Source of the DNA: a virus
Taxonomy: Duplodnaviria > Caudoviricetes
Direction: 5' to 3' (one strand)
Virus record (IMG/VR): IMGVR_UViG_3300029305_011823
DNA: 64,000 bases
In this document: positions 1 to 11,677 of the stretch, piece by piece
Position numbering within the stretch: position 1 is the stretch's first letter
Layout: each line of letters opens with the position of its first letter
Position numbers and translations under genes: made by a program
The notes under the pieces: model-generated
Database searches by the model: none
What the model saw: the letters and a program-made list of their open reading frames with translations, nothing else
What the model was told of the DNA's origin: nothing

Positions 1-2
1 TG

Positions 3-734
3 TATGTTAATATTGATAGCCATATATTATCATGCTACTATTCATTTGCAAATTGTAGAGTACTTAAACGTATAAATACTAGAAATTGGAATACTGAAAA
101 TGTAGAAGATATGTATTGTATGTTCCATGGTTGTAATTCATTAATTTCATTAGATCTAAATAGCTTTGATACTAGAAATGTAACTGATATGGCACATATG
201 TTCCAAAGCTGTCAAACATTAACTACGATAGATTTAAGTAACTTTGATACTAGTAATGTAATTGATATGAATCATATGTTCCATAATTGCCATAAATTAA
301 CTTCATTAGATCTAAGTAATTGGGATACTAGTAATGTAACTGATATGAGTAATATGTTTAGATCTATGGTATCAATTACAACTTTAGATATAAGTAATTT
401 TAATATGGAAAATATTATAAATTGCGATAGTATGATTTTATGGAATAATGCTAATGTTATTAATATGAGTAATTGTAAGACAGAAGATATTAATACAATA
501 ATAGGACAATTACGAAAACATGATGACGGTATAATTAGAAAACTTTATATTTTAAATAATAAAGAACATGACTTAATAGATAAAGCTACTTTAGATACTA
601 AGAATTGGAAAGCTGTAATCTATGGTGGTAATATTAAAGCTGTTCATATACCAGAAGGAATATTTAACTCACTTGGATTAGGAAATGTGTTACTTAAACA
701 TATTCATATAGGTGAAAGATTCCTAGAAGATTAA
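3..734 (+). CDS. BspA-type (DUF285-like) leucine-rich repeat protein, 5'-truncated by the window edge
   Basis: Repeats of LDLSNFDTSNVTDMxxMF; the frame is open from position 3, upstream of the called ATG at 111. Confidence 0.85.
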   Translation, partial: YVNIDSHILSCYYSFANCRVLKRINTRNWNTENVEDMYCMFHGCNSLISLDLNSFDTRNVTDMAHMFQSCQTLTTIDLSNFDTSNVIDMNHMFHNCHKLTSLDLSNWDTSNVTDMSNMFRSMVSITTLDISNFNMENIINCDSMILWNNANVINMSNCKTEDINTIIGQLRKHDDGIIRKLYILNNKEHDLIDKATLDTKNWKAVIYGGNIKAVHIPEGIFNSLGLGNVLLKHIHIGERFLED

Positions 735-740
735 TAAAAA

Positions 741-785
741 CAAATACATAAGAGATTACAACGTCTCTTATGTATTTGATTTTTT
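741..785 (+). terminator. Intrinsic terminator
   Basis: CAAATACATAAGAGA / TCTCTTATGTATTTG inverted repeat followed by a T run. Confidence 0.8.
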
Positions 786-842
786 CTATATAAGAACGTT
801 GTAAATTAAAATTCTAACAATGAAGGAGAGTGTAAATAAATC

Positions 843-3800
843 ATGTCTGATAAAAAGAATAATGTCATAATTGGTGGTTCTTTAATGCCTTCACTTAAAG
901 ATACACCACTTGACGCAAGATCAAGAATCGATACTATTGCCGATATCGGTAATATCGAATTACCTTATGTCGGTATGATGTTTTACGTAAAAGATGAACA
1001 AAAATTCTATGTAGTAAACTCTTTAAAATCGAAAGTTATTAATGGTATAGAAGTAGAAGGAATGCTAATAGATAGATATGCCGAAATAGCCATGGGAAAA
1101 TCTGCATTTGATATAGCAGTTGAAAATGGTTATGAAGGTAATGAATCAGAATGGCTAGCTGAACTTGTTGGACCTCAAGGACCAGAAGGACCAGTTGGAC
1201 CTCAAGGAGAACAAGGTATACAAGGACCTAAAGGTGAACAAGGTCTAGTTGGACCTATGGGACCACAAGGACCAAGAGGGGAACAAGGACCTATGGGACC
1301 TGAAGGACCTCAAGGTTTAAAAGGTGATAAAGGGGACCAAGGTGAACAAGGTATACAAGGACCTCAAGGTGAAATGGGACCTCAAGGACCACAAGGTAAA
1401 GCAGGACCAGAAGGTGAACAAGGTCTTCAAGGACCAATAGGACCAATGGGACCTCAAGGTATACAAGGACCAGAAGGACCTCAAGGACCAGTTGGACCTA
1501 AAGGGGATCAAGGTATCCAAGGTATACAAGGACCTCAAGGTGAAGTAGGACCTAAAGGGGAACAAGGACCACAAGGTCTTCAAGGACCTCAAGGAGAAAG
1601 AGGACCAAAAGGAGATCAAGGACCTCAAGGTGAACAAGGTCTAGTTGGACCTATGGGACCACAAGGACCACAAGGTATACAAGGTGTAAGAGGGGAAAAA
1701 GGGGACCAAGGTGAAGTTGGACCAATAGGACCTCAAGGACCTCAGGGTGTACAAGGTATACAAGGTGAAGTGGGACCACAAGGACCACAAGGTATACAAG
1801 GACCTAGAGGGGAAAAAGGTGAAAGAGGTGCTGATGGTACTTCTGTTAAAATAGTTGGTGTATTAGATGCTGTTAGTGATTTAGATAACCTTGCTAATGA
1901 AGAAATTGGTAATGGTTACATCATAAAAGCAAATGGACACTTATACGTTTGCGTTGAACCAAATAAATTTGTTGATGCTGGTGAAATAAAAGGACCAAAA
2001 GGAGATCAAGGTCCACAAGGGGAACAAGGACCTCAGGGACCACAAGGACCTCAAGGATTCTCTGCATTCCAAGCATGGAAAACATTAGAAGGAAACGCTA
2101 ATAAAACTGTAGAAGACTATATGGAATCAATGAGAGGACCTGCTGGACCAGTTGGACCTCAAGGAGCAGTTGGACCTCAAGGACCACAAGGTATACAAGG
2201 TGAAAGAGGATTCTCTGCTTACCAAGCATGGAGAACATTAGAAGGAAATGAAGAAGGAACTGTAGAAGAATTTATAGAATCTCTAAGAGGACCTCAAGGT
2301 ATACAAGGACCTATGGGAGAAAAAGGTGAACAAGGTGTTCAAGGACCACAAGGTGAACAAGGACCTGTTGGACCAGAAGGACCAATGGGACCTCAAGGAC
2401 CAGTTGGACCTCAAGGTGAAAGAGGACATTCTGCTTATATGGCTTGGAAAACTTTAGAAGGAAATGAAGCAGGTACTGTAGAAGAATTTATAGCTTCTTT
2501 AAAAGGTGAAAAAGGAGATAAAGGTGAAAAAGGGGAACAAGGTTTACCTGGAGAAAAAGGTGAACAAGGTGTTCAAGGACCACAAGGTTTAAAAGGTGAC
2601 CAAGGTGAAATGGGACCTCAAGGACCTCAAGGACTTAAAGGTGAAAAAGGAGATAAAGGTGACCAAGGTGAAGTTGGACCTCAAGGACCACAAGGTTTAC
2701 AAGGTGAAATGGGACCTCAAGGACCTCAAGGTTTACAAGGGGAACAAGGACCTATAGGAGAAACGGGACCACAAGGACCAGTTGGACCACAAGGTATACA
2801 AGGACCAGAAGGACCTCAAGGTGAAAGAGGACCAGAAGGAAAACAAGGACCTCAAGGAGAAACGGGACCACAAGGACCAATGGGACCACAAGGACATTCT
2901 GCTTATATGGCTTGGAAAACTTTAGAAGGAAATGCAAATGGAACTGTAGAAGATTTCATAGCTTCTTTAAAAGGTGAAAAAGGGGAACAAGGTGAAATAG
3001 GACCTCAAGGAGAACAAGGACCTCAAGGTGAAGTAGGACCACAAGGACCAGTTGGACCTCAAGGAGAACAAGGACCACAAGGTGAAATAGGACCTCAAGG
3101 ACCAGTTGGACCACAAGGGGAACAAGGACCACAAGGTTTACAAGGACCTAGAGGAGAAAAAGGTGCGGATGGAACATCTATACGTATAGTTGGTGTTTTA
3201 AATTCTATGGATGAAATAGATTCCATAGTTGGAGAACAAGTTGGGGATTGTTACATAGTTGAAGAGAACGGACACTTAATAGTATTTAATGGAGAAGATG
3301 ATTTTGTTGATTTAGGTAAATTAACAGGACCTCAAGGACCAAAAGGTGATAGAGGGGAACAAGGTGAAAAAGGGGATCCATTCTTATACGAAGACTTCAC
3401 AGAAGAACAACTTGCTGCTTTAGTTGGACCTATGGGACCACAAGGACCTGCTGGAGAAAAAGGAGCAGATGGTATAATAGGTAAAGACGGAGAGAAAGGT
3501 GAAAAAGGGGATCAAGGTGAACAAGGACCTAAAGGAGAAGACGGTTACACTCCAATTAAAGGTGTAGACTATTTCACTCAAGAAGAATTAGATGTGTTAT
3601 TATACGATGATTCTGAAATAAGAGCAATGATAGATGAAGAAAAACCTTATTTAATGGATATAGCTGCTTATCCAACTAGTAGATTCTTATTTGCTTGTGG
3701 ATTACCTATATATGTAGATGTAAATAAAGGACGTAAATATAATACTGAATTACCAGAAGATGAGATAATATGTAGTTATATGTGGAATGAAAGATTAGAA

Positions 3801-5027
3801 TACATTAATGTTCCTGCTGCAGAAGCTGGTAAATTAATGGTATTCGGAGGATACGGACCTAATAATGTTAACGTTAAGAGAAGTTTACCAAATACTAAGA
3901 TAGTTGCTAAAGGAGTTAATATAAAAGGTATCTGTGGAGGTAACTACTTTGAAGGTATAGTTGGTAGATCTGAAATAATCGTTAGAGATTGTAATATGAA
4001 ACAAATTATAGGTGCAGGATGGTGCGGAGCAGCAGTAAATGGAAAACCTGCTAGATTAAACGTCGTTTATGATGTATTTGTAGATTGTGAAAATATGACT
4101 GGTTGTTCATTATTATTTGGTGGACCACAAGGAAACGGTGTAGCTGAAACAGTAGATATGAAACTTAAAAATTGTGAAGTCGGATGGGTTACTATAGGTG
4201 GTTCTAACGGATGTACTAGAAACGGAGTAGTTGAAATAAATGGTGGTACATATACTTGTGTACAAACTACAAATAGAGGTATTGTAAATAATGCTAAAGT
4301 AATATTAGAGGACGGATTAGTTAAAGCTTTATATGCTGGTGGAGAAACTGAAGATAACACAGTAACTGGAATAATAGAAGATTGTGAATTAATACTTAAC
4401 GGCGGTATTGTAAATAAATTTAGCTTAGGAACTAGCAACGGTGTAGAAGGAGCTATAAGACCTCATGGTATAATAGCTGATACTAATGTTGTAGTTGGAG
4501 ACGTTAGTATGCTTAAACATATAGATGATCCTGTTAAAGAAGACTATGAAGCTCAAATTAAAGCTCTTAAGGAGGAACTAGAAATGGCTAAGAAAAAAAT
4601 ACTTGATATGGAATTTGGTGTAGAATATGAATGGATACATGAAGTAAAACAAGAAGAAGTTGATACTATAATATTCAATCGTGAAAATGCACCTAGTTTA
4701 TTCAACGAAATGGACACTATAGAAGAAGCATTTGCTAAAGGTGAAATAGACGAAGAAAAATATAATGAATGGTGGATGCAATTTGAAAATGGTGATGTAT
4801 TCAGAGTTTACGCTTTAAGACTTGCTAGTGATAATAAAGCATTCAATAGATATAATGTATTAATTCCATATGAAGGAAGCACTGTACAACAACCAGGTGA
4901 AGGATTACAAGACTGGGAAGTTATACCAGGATTAGACTGGACTTGGAACTTTGATGGAGAACAAATAGTATTAAATTATATGGCATTATCAAAAATGGTA
5001 TTTGCTATAATGAAAGTTAAAGAATAG
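843..5027 (+). CDS. Collagen-like (Gly-X-Y) fibre protein, probable virion appendage
   Basis: Long GPQGPQGEQ runs interrupted by repeated [24 protein letters not shown] and GADGTSxxIVGVL modules; Gly-rich beta-helix-like C-terminal region. Confidence 0.85.
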   Translation: MSDKKNNVIIGGSLMPSLKDTPLDARSRIDTIADIGNIELPYVGMMFYVKDEQKFYVVNSLKSKVINGIEVEGMLIDRYAEIAMGKSAFDIAVENGYEGNESEWLAELVGPQGPEGPVGPQGEQGIQGPKGEQGLVGPMGPQGPRGEQGPMGPEGPQGLKGDKGDQGEQGIQGPQGEMGPQGPQGKAGPEGEQGLQGPIGPMGPQGIQGPEGPQGPVGPKGDQGIQGIQGPQGEVGPKGEQGPQGLQGPQGERGPKGDQGPQGEQGLVGPMGPQGPQGIQGVRGEKGDQGEVGPIGPQGPQGVQGIQGEVGPQGPQGIQGPRGEKGERGADGTSVKIVGVLDAVSDLDNLANEEIGNGYIIKANGHLYVCVEPNKFVDAGEIKGPKGDQGPQGEQGPQGPQGPQGFSAFQAWKTLEGNANKTVEDYMESMRGPAGPVGPQGAVGPQGPQGIQGERGFSAYQAWRTLEGNEEGTVEEFIESLRGPQGIQGPMGEKGEQGVQGPQGEQGPVGPEGPMGPQGPVGPQGERGHSAYMAWKTLEGNEAGTVEEFIASLKGEKGDKGEKGEQGLPGEKGEQGVQGPQGLKGDQGEMGPQGPQGLKGEKGDKGDQGEVGPQGPQGLQGEMGPQGPQGLQGEQGPIGETGPQGPVGPQGIQGPEGPQGERGPEGKQGPQGETGPQGPMGPQGHSAYMAWKTLEGNANGTVEDFIASLKGEKGEQGEIGPQGEQGPQGEVGPQGPVGPQGEQGPQGEIGPQGPVGPQGEQGPQGLQGPRGEKGADGTSIRIVGVLNSMDEIDSIVGEQVGDCYIVEENGHLIVFNGEDDFVDLGKLTGPQGPKGDRGEQGEKGDPFLYEDFTEEQLAALVGPMGPQGPAGEKGADGIIGKDGEKGEKGDQGEQGPKGEDGYTPIKGVDYFTQEELDVLLYDDSEIRAMIDEEKPYLMDIAAYPTSRFLFACGLPIYVDVNKGRKYNTELPEDEIICSYMWNERLEYINVPAAEAGKLMVFGGYGPNNVNVKRSLPNTKIVAKGVNIKGICGGNYFEGIVGRSEIIVRDCNMKQIIGAGWCGAAVNGKPARLNVVYDVFVDCENMTGCSLLFGGPQGNGVAETVDMKLKNCEVGWVTIGGSNGCTRNGVVEINGGTYTCVQTTNRGIVNNAKVILEDGLVKALYAGGETEDNTVTGIIEDCELILNGGIVNKFSLGTSNGVEGAIRPHGIIADTNVVVGDVSMLKHIDDPVKEDYEAQIKALKEELEMAKKKILDMEFGVEYEWIHEVKQEEVDTIIFNRENAPSLFNEMDTIEEAFAKGEIDEEKYNEWWMQFENGDVFRVYALRLASDNKAFNRYNVLIPYEGSTVQQPGEGLQDWEVIPGLDWTWNFDGEQIVLNYMALSKMVFAIMKVKE

Positions 5028-5065
5028 GTTCTACTATAATTTTAATAAAGAGAGGTGAATTGTAA

Positions 5066-5788
5066 ATGGCTCTTTCTGAAGAACAAATCAAACAACAAAT
5101 TGATGTTTTAACTGCGAAAACATCAGAAAACCCTGAGATGGTTTATAAGGCGATAGCCGCATTAAATAAAGGTCTTAACCCAGAATATTTCTCAGGCAAT
5201 AATAGTAAAATAGTAAATGCAATAAATAAATTAGCTGCTGAAGTAAATATGCTTAATAAAGCAGTTAGAGATATGATTGATAATACTAACGATATATTAC
5301 TAGATGTAAAAGGTGAGGAAACTAAAGATATATGGGAAGCAACTAAGCAGTTAATGGGTGAAGATACTATCATAGAAGGTATAAAAGCTATACTAGAAGG
5401 TAGAAAAGTAGAAGAGATATTAAATCTTCATCCAGCTGATGATGGTAAATTACTTTCTGTAGAGAAGAATGATAAAACTGGTGCTTTAGAAGTAAAACCT
5501 GTTTCAATAGATTCACTTACTGTAGAAGTAGGTGCTTATGACGTTGCTTATCTAAATAGAGATTTTGAAAAAATAAATAGCGTTGGAGAAGCTATAGATC
5601 ATATACTTGAGGATATACAACAACCATTACAATGGGATGAATTGGTTAATAGACCAAAATTAGCTGATGAATTAGTTATAGAAGAAGATGCTTTGGTATT
5701 AAAATCAATTGAAGATGAAGAGCTGTCAAATATTCCTATAACTAGTGATGAAGATATAGAAAATATTATAGACTCTTTAGACTTATAA
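5066..5788 (+). CDS. Hypothetical protein of the fibre cluster
   Basis: 240 aa, RBS GAGGTG; C-terminal IPITSDEDIENII motif shared with 6826..9546. Confidence 0.7.
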   Translation: MALSEEQIKQQIDVLTAKTSENPEMVYKAIAALNKGLNPEYFSGNNSKIVNAINKLAAEVNMLNKAVRDMIDNTNDILLDVKGEETKDIWEATKQLMGEDTIIEGIKAILEGRKVEEILNLHPADDGKLLSVEKNDKTGALEVKPVSIDSLTVEVGAYDVAYLNRDFEKINSVGEAIDHILEDIQQPLQWDELVNRPKLADELVIEEDALVLKSIEDEELSNIPITSDEDIENIIDSLDL

Positions 5789-5879
5789 TCGTCTAGGAGA
5801 ACAATACATTAAAGGTGACTGGGCTTTATAATAAAGCCCAGTAAATAAAAAATATTATATAAAAAGGAGTGTTTTATAA

Positions 5880-6791
5880 ATGTCTAAATTAGTAGATAAA
5901 GATAGACTTGCGAAATTAGCTAAAGCTTTAGATGCTAGAGCTAAAGCCGCTGTAGCTGCTGAAAAAGTAAGAGCAGAAGCTAAAGAAGCTGAAATAGCAG
6001 AAGATCTAGCTCAAGAAGTAGAAGATAGAGAAGCAGCTATAGATGAAGCTGTAACATTTGAAAATGGAATAACTACTGTTAATGCTTTAGGTGGTATACC
6101 AGCTAACACAAGCTTAGATGGTAAATCAGTTACTGAAATACTTGATATGTTATTATTCCCATATGTAAAACAAACTATATCTAACGTAAAAGGAACACCT
6201 AATGGTGGTACTTACGAACATGGTAATAACCAAGTTATAACTGCAGTTCAAGCTACAGTTACTAAAAAATCTAAAAAAATAACTAAAGTAGAATTATTAC
6301 AAGGAACAACTGTATTAGCTGTTAAAGAAGGTGACGAAGTTGCTAATGGTGGTACTTTCACTTTCTCTGGATTAAGCGTAGCTGTTAACTCTGTTAACGT
6401 ACAATTAACAGTTAAAGCATATGATGAAACTAATGCAACTGTTGAAGGAAAAACTGGAGCATTCACTTTCGTTTATCCTTATTACTATGGAGTATGTGAA
6501 GCTGGAGCTGCTGTAGATGAAGCTTTAGTTGAAGGATTAACTAAAGATGTTTCTGGTAAAGCTCAAAAAGCTTATTCATATAATACAAATAACCAATGTG
6601 CAGTAATAGCTTATCCTAAATCTCATGGAGTATTAAAATCTGCATTAGACCCTAACGCATTTGAAAATATAAGTGCATTTACAAGACATGAAGTTTCTGT
6701 AACTGGATTAGATGGTAAAGCTGTAGCTTACTATGTTTATGTAAGTGGAGCATTTACTGGTTCTGGATTCAAATATACATTCAAATATTAA
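5880..6791 (+). CDS. Probable virion fibre/decoration protein (helical N-terminus, beta-rich C-terminus)
   Basis: 303 aa, RBS AAGGAG, AACA-N6-TA promoter at 5800..5811. Confidence 0.65.
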   Translation: MSKLVDKDRLAKLAKALDARAKAAVAAEKVRAEAKEAEIAEDLAQEVEDREAAIDEAVTFENGITTVNALGGIPANTSLDGKSVTEILDMLLFPYVKQTISNVKGTPNGGTYEHGNNQVITAVQATVTKKSKKITKVELLQGTTVLAVKEGDEVANGGTFTFSGLSVAVNSVNVQLTVKAYDETNATVEGKTGAFTFVYPYYYGVCEAGAAVDEALVEGLTKDVSGKAQKAYSYNTNNQCAVIAYPKSHGVLKSALDPNAFENISAFTRHEVSVTGLDGKAVAYYVYVSGAFTGSGFKYTFKY

Positions 6792-6825
6792 TATAAATAA
6801 TAAATAGGTAAAGGAGTGAAAAAAG

Positions 6826-9546
6826 ATGGCTTTAGATAATCAATTCGGTAAAGGTATAGGTCTAGCCGCTGGTTTTGACCTTGGTGCACAAAAACCTCTT
6901 GATGCAAGGGTTGCTGTTAATACTATAGCAGAAAGGGATGCACATATAGAAAATAACAGAGCATATGAAGGGATGTTAGTTTACGTTGCAGAAGCTAACA
7001 TGACTTACCAATTAGTAAAAGGTGAAGAAGAAGGGCAATTAGTATGGAAAGAATTTGGATTTAACCAAAATGATTTCGATGAATCATTCAATGGTGCTAT
7101 CCAAGATGTTGATGATAGATTAAAAGCTGTTGAAGACGATCTAGCTCAAGGTGGAGAAATAGAAGCTAGAATAGCTCAAAATGAAGCTGATATAGACGGA
7201 TTACAAGGATTAGTAGGTCAACCTGCTCAAGCTGGTGAAGGAGAAGGAGAAGACGTTCCTGCTACTGGATTACATTTAGCTTTAGACAATGCTAAAGCAG
7301 AATTAGAACAAGATATACTTGATGAAAAAGGTAGAGCTGAAGGTCAAGAAGCTGCTATAAGACAAGAATTAGCTGATGAAGCTGCTGAAATAAGAGGAGA
7401 AATGGCTGCTGAATTAGGTAATTATACTGTTGAAGCTGGTGAAGGTGTAGAAGCTAAAGAAGCATCTGGATTAAGAAAAGAAATAGAAGATGCTCATGCT
7501 GCTATAAGACAAGAATTAGCAGATGAAAAATTAGCTTTACAAGGTGAAATAGATGCTGATGTAAAAGTTGAAAAAGAAAGAGCTGAAGGTGTAGAAGCTG
7601 CTATAAGAGGAGAAATGGCTGCTGAAACTGCTAGAGTAAATCAAAAAATAGCTGATGATATAGCTGCTGAATCTGCTTTAAGAGTTGCTGAAGAAGCTAG
7701 AATAGAAGGTAAAGTTGATGCTGAAGCACAAAGAGCTGACACTGAAGAAAAACGTATAGTTGGTTTAGTAGAAGCTGAAGCTGAAAGAGCTGCTGGAAAA
7801 GAAGGAGAATTACTTGCTGCTATAAACAAAGAAGTAGGAGATAGAGAAGCTGCAGTTCAAGGTTTAGCTGATAGACATGACCAAGAAATGGAAGCAGCTG
7901 CTGAACAAGTTGCTGAAGATTTAGCTGCTTTAAAACAAGAATTACAAGGTGAAATAGACAGTGATGTTGCTGCTGAAGCTGCTTTAAGAGAAGCTGCTGA
8001 TAAAGCATTAGATGAAAGAGTTAAACCTCTTGAAGCTCACGTTGCTGCTCAACCTGGTGTAGATGCTGCTCAAGATGCTAGAATAAAAGCTTTAGAAGAT
8101 GATGCTCCAGTTAAACAAGCTGCTATAGAAGCTGCTCAAGCTGCTGCTGATCAAGCTCAAGAAGAAGTTGACGTAGTTGAAGGTAGAGCTTTAGCTTTAG
8201 AAGGAAGAGCAGAAGCTTTAGAAGAAGATGTTGCTAGATTAGACGGAGCTGATAATGTTGAAGGTTCTGTTAAGAAACAAATAAAAGATGCAGTAGATGC
8301 TATAAATGCAGATGCTGAAGCTTTAGAAGCTAGAGTTAAAGCTAATGAAGATGATATAGTTGCAATGAAAGCTGAAGAAGCTAAAATAAGAGAAGACTTT
8401 GCTGCTGCAGATGCTCAAGTATTAGCTGATGCTAAAGCTCATGCAGAACAAAAAATAGCTGATTTAGTTGACTCTGCTCCAGATGCAATGAATACTTTAA
8501 ATGAATTAGCAAAAGCTATAAATGATAATAAAGGTATTTATGATGCATATATAGAAGAACATAATCAAGCAATGGCTGCTATGAAAGAAGAATTACAAGG
8601 TGAAATAGATGCTGATGTAAAAGTTGTTGCTGATGAATTAGCTAAACAAAAAGATGCTGCTCAAGAAGGAACATTAGCTAATCAAATAGCTGACGAAGTT
8701 GCTAGAGCAGACGCTGAAGAAAAAGCTATAAGACAATTAGTAGCTGATGAAAAAGCTAATTTACAAGCTGAAATAGATGCTGATGTTAAAGTTGAAAAAG
8801 AAAGAGCCGAAGGACAAGAAGCTGCTATAAGACAAGAATTAGCTGATGAAGCTGCTGAAATAAGAGGAGAAATGGCAGAACAACATCAAGCTATGAACGA
8901 AGCTGCAGAACAAGCTCATCAAGCTATAAGAGGAGAAATGGCTACTGAAGCTGCTAGAGTAGATAAAAAAATAGCTGACGACATAGCTGCTGAATCTGCT
9001 TTAAGAGTTGCTGAAGAACAAAGAATAGAAGGATTAGTTACTGCTGAAGCTGAAAGAGCAGATGCTGAAGAAAAACGTATAGTTGGTTTAGTAGAAGCTG
9101 AAGCAGAAGCTGCTAGAGCTGCTGAATTAAAATTAACTCAAGATTTAGCTAAAGAAGTAGAAGATAGAGGAGCTGCTGTTCTAGCTGAACAACAAAGAGC
9201 TGAAGGGCAAGAATCTGCTATAAGAGGAGAATTAACAGCTGCTATAGCTAAAGAAGTTGGAGATAGAGATGCTGCTATAAAAGTTGAAGCTGACAGAGCT
9301 AAAGCTGAAGAAGCAGATATAAGAGCTGACTTTGCTCAAGCTGATGCTGACTTACATGCTACTATAAAAGGTGAAATGGCTGCTGTTATACAATCATTAG
9401 TAGCTGAAATAACTGAAGATGGTATGTTAAGAATAGCTTTAGGTGGAATACAAGGAGACGATGTTTTAGTAATAAGAGAACAAGAAATACCTTTTGTTAC
9501 TGATGCTGAAATAGATGAAATAATAGCTGGATTAGATGCTGAATAA
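6826..9546 (+). CDS. Long Ala/Glu-rich coiled-coil fibre protein
   Basis: Internal repeats (RAEGQEAAIRQELADEAAEIRGEMA), tail-fibre-like LVDSAPDAMNTLNELAKAI motif, N-terminal PLDAR domain shared with 843..5027. Confidence 0.75.
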   Translation: MALDNQFGKGIGLAAGFDLGAQKPLDARVAVNTIAERDAHIENNRAYEGMLVYVAEANMTYQLVKGEEEGQLVWKEFGFNQNDFDESFNGAIQDVDDRLKAVEDDLAQGGEIEARIAQNEADIDGLQGLVGQPAQAGEGEGEDVPATGLHLALDNAKAELEQDILDEKGRAEGQEAAIRQELADEAAEIRGEMAAELGNYTVEAGEGVEAKEASGLRKEIEDAHAAIRQELADEKLALQGEIDADVKVEKERAEGVEAAIRGEMAAETARVNQKIADDIAAESALRVAEEARIEGKVDAEAQRADTEEKRIVGLVEAEAERAAGKEGELLAAINKEVGDREAAVQGLADRHDQEMEAAAEQVAEDLAALKQELQGEIDSDVAAEAALREAADKALDERVKPLEAHVAAQPGVDAAQDARIKALEDDAPVKQAAIEAAQAAADQAQEEVDVVEGRALALEGRAEALEEDVARLDGADNVEGSVKKQIKDAVDAINADAEALEARVKANEDDIVAMKAEEAKIREDFAAADAQVLADAKAHAEQKIADLVDSAPDAMNTLNELAKAINDNKGIYDAYIEEHNQAMAAMKEELQGEIDADVKVVADELAKQKDAAQEGTLANQIADEVARADAEEKAIRQLVADEKANLQAEIDADVKVEKERAEGQEAAIRQELADEAAEIRGEMAEQHQAMNEAAEQAHQAIRGEMATEAARVDKKIADDIAAESALRVAEEQRIEGLVTAEAERADAEEKRIVGLVEAEAEAARAAELKLTQDLAKEVEDRGAAVLAEQQRAEGQESAIRGELTAAIAKEVGDRDAAIKVEADRAKAEEADIRADFAQADADLHATIKGEMAAVIQSLVAEITEDGMLRIALGGIQGDDVLVIREQEIPFVTDAEIDEIIAGLDAE

Positions 9547-9636
9547 TAAAATTAAGTAGATAGAGAATATTCTCTATCTACTTTTTTGTCATCAAAACAA
9601 TGATATAATAAATATAAATAAAAGGTGGTAGATGAA

Positions 9637-9969
9637 ATGCCAAAAATAAACTGGACTATTAGAAAACAAAATCCGATGTTCTATATTCAATTATTACTTT
9701 CAATATTTGTACCAATATTAGGATATTTAGGAATCAACTGGTCTGATGTTACTACATGGGGAACATTTTTCCAAGTTATAATAGCTGCTATTAGCAATCC
9801 ATATTGCTTAAGCATAGTTGCAGTATCATTATTTAATACTGTTGTTGATACTAGTAGCCCTGGTATAAATGATAGTAATCATGTATTATGTTTAAAATGT
9901 ATATTTGATGATTGTGATGAACATGAAAAGGTTGAAGAACAACCTAAAGAACCTGAGAAAAAAGAATAA
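9637..9969 (+). CDS. Holin, phiLC3-like family
   Basis: KINWTIRKQNPMF start, two hydrophobic segments, VDTSSPGINDS motif; ATG at 9637 fits the RBS better than the GTG at 9625. Confidence 0.8.
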   Translation: MPKINWTIRKQNPMFYIQLLLSIFVPILGYLGINWSDVTTWGTFFQVIIAAISNPYCLSIVAVSLFNTVVDTSSPGINDSNHVLCLKCIFDDCDEHEKVEEQPKEPEKKE

Positions 9970-10008
9970 ATATATACGTATAGGAATTATCCTATACGTA
10001 TATATTTT
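9968..10008. terminator. Bidirectional terminator between convergent holin and DHFR genes
   Basis: AAATATATACGTATAGGA / TCCTATACGTATATATTT inverted repeat. Confidence 0.8.
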
Positions 10009-10510
10009 ATTTTGAATATTTATAAATATGTGCATCTAATATACTATTATAATGTTTAAATTTAATCATTCTAATATATTCTCTTTTAGGTAAAACTTCA
10101 GCCAATTTAAATATATGAACATATCTATCCGCAGAATAATGTTCATCTAAAACCATTGTTACATAAGCTTCATCTAACATTCCACTATCGATTATGGAAT
10201 TATATAACTGAGCCCCACCGATTATAAATATATCATCATTCTTTCCAAGTTCGATTACTTGTTCCAAATTATTTAAAACTTTGACATTTTCAGTTTCTTC
10301 AATATCACATTCGCCATTACATAAGATATAATTAACTCTATTAGGAAGGGGTTTCTTTGGTAAAGAAACCCATGTATTATATCCCATCACAACTTTGTGA
10401 TACATTGTCATACCTTTAAAAAATTTCATATCTTCTTTTATATTATATAATAATTCGTTATTAAATCCTATAGCACCCATAATATCGGAACAAAAAATCA
10501 TTTTAATCAT
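10007..10510 (-). CDS. folA: Dihydrofolate reductase
   Basis: AIGFNNEL, DMKFFK, VVMGYNTWVSL, PLPNRVN and IIGGAQLY motifs. Confidence 0.95.
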   Translation of the reverse strand: MIKMIFCSDIMGAIGFNNELLYNIKEDMKFFKGMTMYHKVVMGYNTWVSLPKKPLPNRVNYILCNGECDIEETENVKVLNNLEQVIELGKNDDIFIIGGAQLYNSIIDSGMLDEAYVTMVLDEHYSADRYVHIFKLAEVLPKREYIRMIKFKHYNSILDAHIYKYSK

Positions 10511-10522
10511 TTATATGTCCTC

Positions 10523-11359
10523 CTATATAGCTATTGGTATAAATATTTTAGCTTGTGGTTCATAATCAACTACTTTAAAATCATCTATTGTAAACTCATA
10601 AAAATTATTTGATTTAGGTTCAAATATTAATTTAGGTTGTTTTTCACTAACAGGTCTATTTAATATTTCAGCTGCTATCGGCATATGTCTATCATATATG
10701 TGCACGTTTTGAATGAAATGTGTAAACTTACCTGGTTTTAATCCACAATGTTTAGCAACCATCATTTGTAATGCAACATATTGTATATTATTAATATTAT
10801 TTGCACCTAATATATCTTGGCTTCTTTGAACTAACGTACAATCTAAAAATTCCCCTCTTACTGTCCATAATGTTTGGAAAGCACAAGGAGGTAATCCTAT
10901 AACTCCTCTTAGTTCTTCTTCTTGCCATAAGCTCATTATATGTCTTCTACCATAAGGATTCTCTTGAATTCCTTTTAATAACGTTCCCATTAAATCATAT
11001 TTCTTTACAATCGCTCCATATGTCGAACCAATTGTTCCGTCACCTATATCCCACGGATTCCACCATGTTATACCAAACTTTTCTCTGGCAACTTTTAAAT
11101 CATTAGATGCTTCTTGATAAATCCACAACATCTCTCTAATTCCAGTTTTCCAGGCAGTTGGTTTAATTGTCGTTATTGGGAATTCTCCTTTAGATATATC
11201 AAATGTCTCAACATACTGAGTTGTAAATATACTATGAGCTGGTGTATGAGATCCATCTTCTTCTAACCAATAAGGTCTTGGATCTTTATCTACGATACCA
11301 TTTTCAATTACTTCAGTTAAAATTTTTTTATAAGCTATATCTGCTTTATTCATACACAT
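10523..11359 (-). CDS. thyA: Thymidylate synthase
   Basis: GRRHIMSLW, catalytic LPPC, QRSQD and HIYDRH motifs; Asn at the dUMP-specificity position. Confidence 0.95.
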   Translation of the reverse strand: MCMNKADIAYKKILTEVIENGIVDKDPRPYWLEEDGSHTPAHSIFTTQYVETFDISKGEFPITTIKPTAWKTGIREMLWIYQEASNDLKVAREKFGITWWNPWDIGDGTIGSTYGAIVKKYDLMGTLLKGIQENPYGRRHIMSLWQEEELRGVIGLPPCAFQTLWTVRGEFLDCTLVQRSQDILGANNINNIQYVALQMMVAKHCGLKPGKFTHFIQNVHIYDRHMPIAAEILNRPVSEKQPKLIFEPKSNNFYEFTIDDFKVVDYEPQAKIFIPIAI

Positions 11360-11403
11360 TATCCTCCTATAAATTTGATATAATTTTGTTACGCTGAATA
11401 TAA

Positions 11404-11652
11404 TTATTCAGCGTCATCTTCTTTATGACAATGTCCGCAACATTCATGTCCTTCTCCACAATGTCCGCATTCACCTCCACAACAATCTCCGTCTGCATCA
11501 TGATGGCATCCACATGAACCTTCACAACTATGATGAACTTCTTCTTTTTCTTTTTTTGCTTTAGCCTCACTTACAAAATTTAATATAAATATTCCTGCAG
11601 CAGCACCTGCACATAAAGCTAATACTTCCATCATAGGTTTTAATATATTCAT
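11404..11652 (-). CDS. Small membrane-anchored protein with a Cys/His-rich tail
   Basis: N-terminal hydrophobic helix, then HHSCEGSCGCHH...CCGGECGHCGEGHECCGHCH; RBS AAGGAG. Confidence 0.7.
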   Translation of the reverse strand: MNILKPMMEVLALCAGAAAGIFILNFVSEAKAKKEKEEVHHSCEGSCGCHHDADGDCCGGECGHCGEGHECCGHCHKEDDAE

Positions 11653-11677
11653 AATTAAACACTCCTTTTTATATTAT

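Noticed and set aside
1160-3545. DNA repeat array or diversity-generating retroelement in the collagen gene
   Set aside because: The repeats follow Gly-Pro-Gln codons with synonymous variation; no reverse transcriptase or adenine-specific template/variable pair seen.
1317-8008. Minus-strand ORFs inside the fibre genes, and similar antisense ORFs across the window
   Set aside because: Shadows of repetitive or biased coding on the opposite strand; no RBS and no protein-like motifs.
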